This document shows positions 1-10,300 of a stretch of DNA of 56,508 nucleotides, one piece after another; position 1 is the first letter of the stretch, and every line of letters starts with the position of its first letter. A model generated the notes under the pieces. The model did not search any database. It was not told the DNA's origin and saw only the letters and a list, made by a program, of their open reading frames with translations. The DNA lies in IMG/VR virus record IMGVR_UViG_3300042402_005492, positions 1 to 56,508 of that record. One strand, written 5' to 3'. The translations under genes and the position numbers were made by a program. The DNA is from a virus (taxonomy: Duplodnaviria; Caudoviricetes).

Positions 1-2
1 CA

Positions 3-791
3 CAGGCAATAGGACTTTTTTCACACGCAGAAGGATTAGGAACAATAGCATACGGAGGCCGCTCACACGCTGAAGGTAGAGATACATTAGCATCAGGTTC
101 ATATTCACATGCCGAAGGCTATCAAACAATAGCATTAGGTGATAATCAACACGTACAGGGCCAATATAATTTTGTATCACCCGTACAATCCGCTTTTATT
201 GTAGGTAATGGAATTGATGATGTTAATAGAAGTAATCTAATACACGCCGCAGGAAATACAGTGGAGATAACCGGTTCATTAAATGTAAGTGGTTCTATCT
301 ATAAAGATGGTAACAAACAATTTAACTACGGACAATGGGCTTCTTTGGAAACTCAAACTGGTTCGGCGAATACGGCATACGCTATGAAGTTGGAAGTGCC
401 AACTCCTCCATTATCTGGTATGTATGTTGGTAATAATGGTAGTGGATTTCCAACTAGAATTTATGTAGAAAATACAGGATTATATAACGTTCAATTTTCA
501 GCACAATTACATACCACAGCAAATGAATCAGTTGATTTTTCCGTTTGGTTTGCTATGACAGGTTCTAATATAGCTAATTCAAATACGGATTTCTCTATTG
601 AAAAGGTAAGTGGTGGTGGATTCCAAGTGGCAGCTCTAAACTTCTTAACTCCAATTACATCCGGAAGTTATGTAGAATTGTATTGGTCAAAAACAACGGC
701 AAACGGACAATTGCAATATAAGGGAACTCAATCAACTCCAACACGACCAGCAACACCATCGGTAATTGTGACAGTAACGCAAGTAGCATAG
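3..791 (+). CDS. 5'-truncated fibre/adhesin-like virion protein with YadA-head-like SHAEG repeats and a C-terminal beta-sandwich
   Basis: The frame of ORF 261..791 is open back to the window edge and reads QAIGLFSHAEGLGTIAYGGRSHAEGRDTLASGSYSHAEGYQTIALG...AFIVGNG...RSN (14-aa repeats). The GTG at 261 is therefore internal. Confidence 0.7.
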   Translation, partial: QAIGLFSHAEGLGTIAYGGRSHAEGRDTLASGSYSHAEGYQTIALGDNQHVQGQYNFVSPVQSAFIVGNGIDDVNRSNLIHAAGNTVEITGSLNVSGSIYKDGNKQFNYGQWASLETQTGSANTAYAMKLEVPTPPLSGMYVGNNGSGFPTRIYVENTGLYNVQFSAQLHTTANESVDFSVWFAMTGSNIANSNTDFSIEKVSGGGFQVAALNFLTPITSGSYVELYWSKTTANGQLQYKGTQSTPTRPATPSVIVTVTQVA

Positions 792-846
792 GATGCTTAA
801 AATAAAGAACTAATTCCTTTCTAAATAATCATTCTTTTAATTTTTT

Positions 847-855
847 ATATTTATA
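847..855 (+). promoter_or_regulatory. Putative late promoter motif ATATTTATA
   Basis: Intergenic, 19 nt before ATG 875; the same motif precedes 12 other genes. Confidence 0.6.
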
Positions 856-874
856 GATAAATAAAACTATCTAT

Positions 875-2032
875 ATGAACGAACCTATGATATATCCTGG
901 ATCATCATCATTTTTTCCAGGTCAAACTCCATTTGGAATATATGATAATGATTATATATTTGGAGAAGATGCACCTAAAGTTTCCTTATGGTGTGCTAGA
1001 AGATTGGGATATCCAATACAAAATATAGAGTTAATAGATGAAAACTTCTATGCATGCTTTGAGGAGTCTGTATCTGAATATGGAGCTCAAGTAAATCAGT
1101 TCAACATTAGAAACAATTTGAGTAATGTAGTTGGAAATCCTACTGGAACTAACTATTCTCAAAAATTAGTACAAGGTAATAACCTTTCCACTATAATCAA
1201 CATATCAGATAGTTATGGTACATTAGCTGGAGTAGGTGGTAATATAGATATTAAAAGGGGAAGTATAGATTTAGTGACTGGACAGCAGGAATATGACTTG
1301 AATGAGTTATTTGCTGATGTATCCGAAAGTGGAAAGCAGATTGATGTAGTGAGGGTTTATTACGAAGCAACACCTGCTATCAATCGTTTCTTTGATCCCT
1401 ATTCCGTAAGTGGACAGGGAACTCTAAACCTTATTGATGAGTTTGGGTTTGGTTCATTTTCCCCAGCAGCACAATTTGTGTTAATGCCAATTTATGAAGA
1501 TATGTTAAGAATACAGGCAATTGAGTTTAATGACCAGTTCCGTAAATCTGCACATACATTTAATATCGTAAATAATAAATTACAAATATTCCCAATACCA
1601 TCATCAGTTACAACGATGACGAAGTTATTTTTTGATTATATGGTTAGAGAGGAGTTTACACAAAATTCTGTAAGGGTAACTCCAAATGTAGTATCTGATT
1701 ATTCCGATATAAAGTATGATTTTATACAATATAGAAATATAAACGATGTTGGTAAGCAATGGATTAGAAAATACACACTTGCATTGGTTAAAGAATTATT
1801 GGGTGCTATTAGAGAAAAATATTCAACCGTTCCAATTCCAGGTTCGGAGATAAGTTTGGATGGAGCTGCTTTAAGAGCAGAGGCACAAACTGAAAAGGAA
1901 AACCTAATGACTCAATTGAGAGAAAATTTGGAAGAGGTAAGCAGAAAGGTTCAGTTTGAGAACCGAAATACAGAAGCACAACAAATGCAAGAAATGTTGC
2001 AAAAAATACCGTTGGCAATTTACATAGGTTAA
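875..2032 (+). CDS. Neck / head-tail adaptor protein (T4 gp13-like)
   Basis: 385 aa; N-terminal RRLGYP motif, C-terminal WIRKYTLAL...KYSTVPIPG...LDG...EA; first gene of a neck trio. Confidence 0.65.
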   Translation: MNEPMIYPGSSSFFPGQTPFGIYDNDYIFGEDAPKVSLWCARRLGYPIQNIELIDENFYACFEESVSEYGAQVNQFNIRNNLSNVVGNPTGTNYSQKLVQGNNLSTIINISDSYGTLAGVGGNIDIKRGSIDLVTGQQEYDLNELFADVSESGKQIDVVRVYYEATPAINRFFDPYSVSGQGTLNLIDEFGFGSFSPAAQFVLMPIYEDMLRIQAIEFNDQFRKSAHTFNIVNNKLQIFPIPSSVTTMTKLFFDYMVREEFTQNSVRVTPNVVSDYSDIKYDFIQYRNINDVGKQWIRKYTLALVKELLGAIREKYSTVPIPGSEISLDGAALRAEAQTEKENLMTQLRENLEEVSRKVQFENRNTEAQQMQEMLQKIPLAIYIG

Positions 2033-2035
2033 TAT

Positions 2036-2491
2036 ATGGCTCGTTTTAGTTTAGATAGAGATATTCGTTTTTTTAGGGATATATCCAGAGAATTAGTGGA
2101 TGATGTTATTACAACCTCTGTAATACTATATAAACTCATCGTAGAAGAGAGTAAAACTAATTTGTATGGTGAAGCATTAAATAAAACCTACTACTCTCCA
2201 GTCACCTTAAATACCATCATAGAGAGAGATGATACTGCCGTTCAGTATGAGGGGTTTGGTTCGGATACTACTCAAGGAGTTCAGTTCCGTTTTAATCGAT
2301 TTACATTAGAGGGTGCTGGATTTTATCCTGAAATTGGGGATATTATTTTTCACAACAATGCTTATTTTGAAGTTGATAATGTGAGAGAAGACCAGTTAAT
2401 CGGTGGTAGACCTGAGGAGAAATTTTCTATTATATGCTCTACATTTATGAGTAGAAGAACAACTATACAAACTGAAGAGAGAACTGCGTAA
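2036..2491 (+). CDS. Head closure / neck protein (T4 gp14-like)
   Basis: 151 aa; NLYGEA...K.Y and PEIGDII....YFEV motifs; position between gp13-like and gp15-like genes. Confidence 0.55.
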   Translation: MARFSLDRDIRFFRDISRELVDDVITTSVILYKLIVEESKTNLYGEALNKTYYSPVTLNTIIERDDTAVQYEGFGSDTTQGVQFRFNRFTLEGAGFYPEIGDIIFHNNAYFEVDNVREDQLIGGRPEEKFSIICSTFMSRRTTIQTEERTA

Positions 2492-3321
2492 TGGAGAAAA
2501 AAAATATAAATAGAGCAAATCAAATACCAATAGAACCCCAATATGTAAAGGGGGTTAGTCTTATTGATATAGATACTACCATAGCGGAGTATATGAGTGA
2601 AGTTATCATTCCAACAGTAGAAGAAAACGGAAATGTTGTTAAGGTTCCACTTATATACGGAAATGCTGAAAGGTGGAAGAATGCTAGAAAAGATGGGTAT
2701 TTAAGAGATGGAAGAGGTAAGATACAGATACCTCTAATAATGTTTAAGAGAAACTCCATAGATAGAGATAGTTCAATCCAACATTTTAAGGAAGCATTAT
2801 CAATGCCATCGTATCAAAAATATTCTGCAAAAAATAGGTATGAAAAGTTCTCACTTCAAGTTGGAGCAAAACCTGTATATGAAGTATATAATGTAAGGGT
2901 TCCATCGTATGTGACGGTAACTTATGAAGTAATGATATGGTCATCATTCACAGAACACATGAATAAAATTGTGGAAGCATATCAGTACGCAACCGATAGA
3001 TATTGGGGTAAAGATGATGGGTATAAGTTTAGAGTAAGGGTGGACTCATTTGATACACAACAGGAAGTGGGTGAAGGTACAGAGAGGATTATTCGTACAG
3101 CATTTACTATGGTTGTAAATGCATATTTGTTACCTGAAACATTTAATGAAATACCAACAGTTGAAAAAGTATTTTCTAAAAAAAGAATTATATTTGGAGT
3201 TGAAACTGATGTTAGTGGGGATCTATTTTCAAACCCACTACTATACAACGAATATGCACAAGTTATAGATTTTATAGCAATTAGAGGATCACAATTGGCG
3301 ATATTTGTAGAAGGAGAATAA
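2491..3321 (+). CDS. Tail terminator / sheath stabiliser (T4 gp15-like)
   Basis: 276 aa; KVPLIYG..ERW, P.YVTVTYEVMIW, HMNKIVE motifs; overlaps the upstream stop codon (TAATG). Confidence 0.6.
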   Translation: MEKKNINRANQIPIEPQYVKGVSLIDIDTTIAEYMSEVIIPTVEENGNVVKVPLIYGNAERWKNARKDGYLRDGRGKIQIPLIMFKRNSIDRDSSIQHFKEALSMPSYQKYSAKNRYEKFSLQVGAKPVYEVYNVRVPSYVTVTYEVMIWSSFTEHMNKIVEAYQYATDRYWGKDDGYKFRVRVDSFDTQQEVGEGTERIIRTAFTMVVNAYLLPETFNEIPTVEKVFSKKRIIFGVETDVSGDLFSNPLLYNEYAQVIDFIAIRGSQLAIFVEGE

Positions 3322-3332
3322 ACTTAATTATT

Positions 3333-3578
3333 ATGGGTCAAAATATTGTTAAATTAGTAAATGTAAAACTTCCAAAACTTCCTATTGAATTAAGAGGTTC
3401 ATTTGATGTTGATAACTGGTTTAGAGTTTATATAAATGGTGATTTTATACCACCTGCAAATTATACATACCGATATGAGCCTTCAACTAAAGAAATATAT
3501 TTTACTTTTATCAATTTGGGATTTTCATTAGATGAAAACGATGAAGTTGCAATAACTGGAAAATTTATAGAACTATGA
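3333..3578 (+). CDS. Small virion-associated beta protein (paralogue 1 of 3)
   Basis: 81 aa; FRVYING ... DEVAITGKF motif shared with the next two ORFs. Confidence 0.55.
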   Translation: MGQNIVKLVNVKLPKLPIELRGSFDVDNWFRVYINGDFIPPANYTYRYEPSTKEIYFTFINLGFSLDENDEVAITGKFIEL

Positions 3579-3931
3579 AGGTAACTGAGTTAAAAAATAT
3601 AATGAAAGAAATAAATGAACCAAATGAGTTCATATTTCAACCTTTTGATAAAAACCATCCTTTCTATTGGATTTTTAGAGTAGAAAATGTGAGAATAAAA
3701 ACAATTTCACCTAAAATAACCAGTTTAAGAAAACATAGTGCAAGATTTGATATATTTATCAACGGATTATTTATAGCAACTAGAGATTATATAGTTGAGC
3801 AAATAGATAATGATTTATATGTAAAATTAATAAAGAATAATTTTCCTACATTTGATAGATTTGGAAATCCATACGATATAGAGGATACTGATGAAGTTAA
3901 GATAAAAGGAGATGTTGAAAATATAAATTAA
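3575..3931 (+). CDS. Small virion-associated beta protein (paralogue 2 of 3)
   Basis: 118 aa; FDIFING ... DEVKIKGDV; ATGA overlap with the previous gene. Confidence 0.6.
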   Translation: MKVTELKNIMKEINEPNEFIFQPFDKNHPFYWIFRVENVRIKTISPKITSLRKHSARFDIFINGLFIATRDYIVEQIDNDLYVKLIKNNFPTFDRFGNPYDIEDTDEVKIKGDVENIN

Positions 3932-3940
3932 AATAAAAAA

Positions 3941-4321
3941 ATGGCAAGACAATTACCAAATATAGTAGTAGGAACATCATTAAAAATGAGGGATAGATTG
4001 GGGTTTAGAGATTTTGTCTTAAAAGTCAATACTGATACATTTTTATATGAGTTCCAACCAACTGAATTAGAAGTAATTAATGATGGTATATTTATTTTAT
4101 ATTTAAGAAACAAACGATTTCTTATAGATGATTTACAGGTTGATACTACGAAAGATTACATAGACATATACTTATATGGAGTAAAACAACCACAAGACCG
4201 TTATGTGATCGATGTGATTGTAAATGATATAGTAATTACATTTACAGAAAGTATTACTCGTTTACCAAATGATGTAGATGTTAATGATTTTATAGTAAAA
4301 GGTAAAATAGCAGAAGTATAA
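3941..4321 (+). CDS. Small virion-associated beta protein (paralogue 3 of 3)
   Basis: 126 aa; IDIYLYG ... NDFIVKGKI; coupled to the next gene. Confidence 0.6.
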   Translation: MARQLPNIVVGTSLKMRDRLGFRDFVLKVNTDTFLYEFQPTELEVINDGIFILYLRNKRFLIDDLQVDTTKDYIDIYLYGVKQPQDRYVIDVIVNDIVITFTESITRLPNDVDVNDFIVKGKIAEV

Positions 4322-7300
4322 TGGCAGTATTAATTCCTCGTAAACAAATTGAAGAACAGAATGATATTAGTGCATCATTTAGAATTGGTGGTGATTTATC
4401 TGTAACGGGTAGTGCCGTAATAGGAGGTTCTTTTGCAGCTGACTCAGAATTTTTTTTAGGTAATCAACTAACAGATAGGGGAGAAATAACAGGATCTGTA
4501 TTCTTAACAGGTTCACTAATTATAGATGGAGATTTTGGATTTGAGGATGTAAATAGGATATTAAATGTAACTGCTTCTCAAGCACTACAATCTCAAGATA
4601 CTTTTAGATATGCGGGTATATTAGCTAGAGATTTTGGTGCCAATGTTCCTACTTTATATGTTTCATCAACGGATGGTGATGATAATAATGATGGTAGAAG
4701 TATTCAATTTCCATTAAGAACTGTAAAAAGAGCGGCTCAATTAGCAAGTCCTGGATTTGATGGTAGATATGGGATACCATTAGGTTCTCTTTTTTCAGGA
4801 TATGTAATTAGAGTTCAAGCAGGTACTTATGTAGAAAATAATCCTGTAATACTTCCTAAAAATACAACAATTTGGGGATCTGGACTTCGTATAACTAAAA
4901 TAAATGCATTAAATCCAGAACAAGACCTTTTCCATGTAAATAGTGGTTGTTACATAGCAGAAGTAACAATGGGTGGGTTAAGATTATGGCCAGACCAAAT
5001 AAATCCTGAAAGAGGATTTGCAGTAGCATTCCAACCAGGAGCATTTATTACAACATCGCCATACATACAGAACTGCTCTCAAATATCAAATCAAGAGAAT
5101 TCATTCACCGAACTTTATGAGGATATTCCACCAGGAGGTGGTGGTCTTTATGTTAATGGTGATGTAATAAATCCAGACTCTCCATTGGCTTCAATGGTAT
5201 TGGATGCCTATACGCAGATTTCTCCAAACGGAGTTGGATGTTTGGTAAATGGTAGGGGCTTCATTCAGTTGGTATCTTTCTTTACCAACTTCTCATACTA
5301 TGCAATTAGAGTAAACAATGGTGGACATGCTACCCTAAACAACTCAAACATTTCATTTGGATTATTTGGTATGTTTGCATCTGGCTCAAGAAAAATTGAT
5401 GCTATTAGTGGTGGTAATGAAGATGCTAGACAAAGAGTAAGAAGGAGTTATTCTGCAATCGTTGATGTTCTAAATAAAGGATTAGAAGATGGGTTACCAT
5501 CAGTAACAACTGTAAATACTGCAGAAGGTATAAAGGTAACACAATTTACACAATCTTTCTCAAATAATTTAGCTACTCAAACGGAAGTAAATAAAGTTAG
5601 TGAAGATTTTCGTATTATAAGTGAAATAGTAGCATCGGGACCTAATAATTACCCAACACTTTTAGCAAAAAGTAGTGATAGAGGATACGATATAAATAAT
5701 CCATATAATATTAGTGGTGGGACTCAACTTACCTCATCTATTTCAGCATCTGCTAGTGATTTATTACAAATTAGTTCATCTTATGCCGATTTATTAGGTA
5801 TATTCGCGGATGGTACAGGATCTTTTATATTCAAATCAAACAATAAAGATGTTGTAAAGGTTAGCAATTTAGAACCCGTATCAGCATCGATTACTGCTTC
5901 AATAGGAACCACATTATACAATAATATAAGTTCATCATTTGATACTGTTATAAAAATAGTGAATGGTGGAACACTTCCTATTATTGTACCAAATACTTCC
6001 GCATCTTTTTATTTAGGAGATATCGAACCGGTATTACCTTCTCAACCTATATCCAGTAGTATAATAAATGTTGTAAGTAGTAGTTTTTCTATCATATACA
6101 ACATATTAGATAAAGGTACTGGTAGTTCTATATTGGATATACCTGAAGATCATCAAACTGATTTTGATGTTAATAGAGGTGCGAATAATAGTGCTTGGGT
6201 ATTTGATGGTGTTGGTAATAATCCAACTCTAACCCTATTTAGAGGTACTAAATATATTTTCAATGTATCAGGTAGTTTTGCTAAGTTTACTAATCCATTC
6301 TTTATTCGTACTCAACCTACAAGTGGATTTATACAAGGATTGGATTATAATACTGGTGTAATAAATAATGGAGATGATTTTGGTGTAGTTACTTTTACAG
6401 TTCCGTTTAACGCACCAAATGAATTATATTATGTATCACAAAACTCATCTCAAATGGTGGGTAAGTTTAATATTGTAAATTCATCAGCAACTCCTTTTTC
6501 GTTGATTGAGAATACAATGTCATATCCAACTTTAGTAACTGGTTCGGTAAGCGCGAGTGTTGTTGGTGAAGTAACTAGTTCATATAATACATTAAACTCT
6601 AATTTAGATTTCTTAAAGAATGAAACTATCACTTATATTTCTTCATCTTGGGATGGGTTTGAGTATAACGAAACAACTTGTAAAAGAGACATAGGATATA
6701 TTGTAGATGCAGTTGCTAATGATTTATTATTTGGAGGAAATAGTGGGAGTATTACTGCGGGATTGGAATACTATTTAGTATCAAGTTCAGCAACAACATC
6801 ACAAAAGGATGCAACACTAACCGCTATTGATTTTTTAAGTAAAACATCTCAAAATCTATTAAGAAGTTCTTCATTTCAACAAATCCAAACCGGAAGTAGT
6901 GAACGATACGCGTTGTGGAGTAGTATTATAGATAATAAACCATTTATTCAGGCAGAAACTATTGCGTACCTTTCTTCATCTTGGAGTGAGTTTGAATATA
7001 ATCAAGTGAGTTGTAGTAGAGATATTGGATTTATCTTAAATGCGGTAGCAACTGATTTACTTTATAGAGGTAATGAAAGAAGTGTGATTGCTGGAGATTT
7101 TTATTATCGTTTCCCATCTGTAGCGGTTACTGATCAATTAATACAGACGGTAGATGGTATAAAATATGCAAGTGGAACTACACTAAATATAATTGAAGGA
7201 AATCAATTCCAATTTGCAGAAACTTCAACATCGGCATCTGTATCTCTTTTGAGACAAAATCGTCAATTGATACAAAATGAAACTATTGAGTTTATAAATG

Positions 7301-10300
7301 CAACATTCCCTACATTAGATTACAATCAAGTAAGTTGTAGTAGAGATACTGGATTTATATTAGATGCTATAACAACTGATTTACTTTATGGTGGAAATGA
7401 GCGGAGCACAACCGCTGGATTTTTCTATTACCGCTTCCCATCAGTAGCAATCACTACACAAAGAACCGAAACTGTTGCAGGTGTTCGTTATTCCAAAATA
7501 CTTACAGATTTTATAGTTCAAAATGTATTATTAGAAACACCTAGAGTTTCAACTAATAACGAAGTTGGTATAAAAATAACTAACGAAGCTAATTTTACAT
7601 CTTCACTATTTGGAACGGAAGTAGAAAGTTCAATTGTTAAATCCAATTTTGGAATTATTGGTGATATAATAAGAGGTGGTATTGAAGTCACAAAAAGAGC
7701 GGTAGCTAAAAATAAAATAACCGATTGGAGTGTTACAACTCCATTTAATGTTGCAGATAGTGTACAATTTGTGACAACTCAATCGTTAACTGATTATAGA
7801 GAACAAATTGGTGATGGATTTGAATTAGTTGCTCAAATAGTAAGTGGTGGATTGAGTGCAAAACCTCAATTAGACAAATCTATAAATGATTTGGTTAAGG
7901 TAAATAATATAGCACAGATAACAGGATCTTTTGTTGAAAACTATGTAACATCATCATTATCCGCATCTTTTGGGTTAGTTGTAAAAATAATATCTAGTGG
8001 AACAGGTTCTATACCGAATGTAATACCAAACACCGCTGAAAACATATTTGTAGGTAATATCTTACCACAAACCTCTTCATTTATAAACCCATCATATATA
8101 TCATCGGTGAGTCAATCTTATTCGGTTGTAACGAATATAGTGAGTGGTGGATTAGCTGTATCACCGGCAGTGGTTAAAAATACAAATGGTAATGTAAGAA
8201 CAAAGAATGTTCAAATATTTACTTCATCATTAGTAGCAACAAACACACAAGTTAATTTTGTATCTGCATCGTTTGATATTGTATTGGATATTGTAGAAAA
8301 TGGAACTGGCTCTTTACCTACCCTAATTGGATATACAACTCCATCAACTGCCTCTGTAGTATTAAATGCATATCAAAATCTTAAAAACAATATTCCATTT
8401 ATTCAAGCTGAAACTATTGCATATCTTTCTTCATCTTGGAGTGAGTTTCAATACAACGAAGCGAGTTGTAGTAGAGATATTGGACATATTGTAAGTGGAG
8501 CTGCTGAAGACCTATTGTACAACGCAAATTCATCCTCAATATTCAATGGTAAGTTCTATTATGATTTTCCATCATCAGCAACTGTAAGTGGTAGTGCTTC
8601 ACCTAATGAAGACGCACAATTACTTCCTACATTAGATGGTATACGATACGCATCCCAACTTGCTCAAAAAGTAATAGTAAACACTCCATTTGTAACTGCG
8701 GATGAAAGTGATGTTGAAGTTGCTAACCTATTGGTAAGTAATAAAGAGTTTATACGAAATGAAACTATTGAGTATGTAAGTTCATCTTGGAGTTTCTTTA
8801 ATTACAATGATTTAACTTGTAAAAGGGATATTGGGTTTATTATAGATGCAGTAGCAACTGATATAATTTATGGTGGAAACGAAAGAGTAGTAAATGCAGG
8901 TGAATACTATTATGAAATACCTTCACTTGCAACATCGACTCAATTAATACAAACATTAGAAGCGATAAACTATGTATCTGCACTATCTCAAAAACTTATA
9001 GAAGGTGTAGAATTTATTACACCTGATAATGATGCAGTGGAAGCAAGTAGATTACTATTGGTAAACAATGAACTTATCAGTAGAGAAGTTGTATCGTATG
9101 TATCTTCATCTTGGAGTGGGGTAGTATATAATGAGTTAAGCTGTAGTAGAGATATTAAACATATAATAAATGCAGCTAGAACTGATTTAGTGTATGGTGG
9201 AAACCAAAGAAGCGTTATAGCAGGTGAGTTCTATTTCTTATATCCATCAAGAGCAACCGTGGGAGGTATTCCTTCGGAGGCAGCTCAATTAGATCCTACC
9301 GTAACTGGAATTGAGTATGGTTCCGAACTTTCACAGAAAATAGCATTAAGTAAAGTATTAACATTAGTTAGTAGTTCTAAATTGGATGTTGTTAATGTTG
9401 TTAGAGAGAACAAACAATTCATAAAAGATAATACTATTGAATATGTAAATGCATTCTATCCATTATTACAATACAACGAAGCAAGTTGTAGTAGAGATGT
9501 TGGATTTATATTAGATGGTGTATTAACAGATTTAGTATATGGTGGAAACCAAAGAAGTATAACTTCTGGAGATTTCTATTATCGTTTCCCTTCACCTGCA
9601 ATTACATCGGCACAAAAAGCGGAAACCGTTGATGGCATTATTTATGCGGGTGAAATTGCTAAATTAGTATCTGTAAACGAACTTATAGATGGAGTTGAAA
9701 TTGGTAGAAATATTGATAATACTATAAAAGTAACAAATACATCTCAATTTACATCATCTAAAAGTGGAAGTGTGACGGAAGTATTAAATGTTAGTTCATC
9801 ATTTACACTTGTGACTGATATTGTAGAAAGTGGTGTGAGTTCATTTACTCCTACTAGTGCTTCATATAATCCTGCTAATGGTCAGTTTGTGATGACTATA
9901 CCAAATCATACATTAAAAGTTGGTAATATTATTTATCTAAGAGATGAGTCATTTGTTTTCACTTGTACAATGGATGGTAATAGAACAGAACACGCTTTAC
10001 CTTCAGTTGGACAACCTGCATACAATAGTAAATTAAAAATACAATCAGTAACTCAAAATACAATAACTGTTAATGTAGGAAAATCAGGACCTAATGTAGA
10101 ATTTAATCCTACTGATGCAACTTATGATCCTGCAACTGGTGAATTTGTAGTCACTGTTGGTGAGCATGATTTAAGTATTGGTGAAGGAATTGTATTCGTA
10201 ACTCGTTCATTCGCATTTACTTGTGATATGGATAATAATCATTCTACAAAATCATATCCTAGATTTGGTATTGACCCATTCTCAGTTCGTTCCATTCCAA

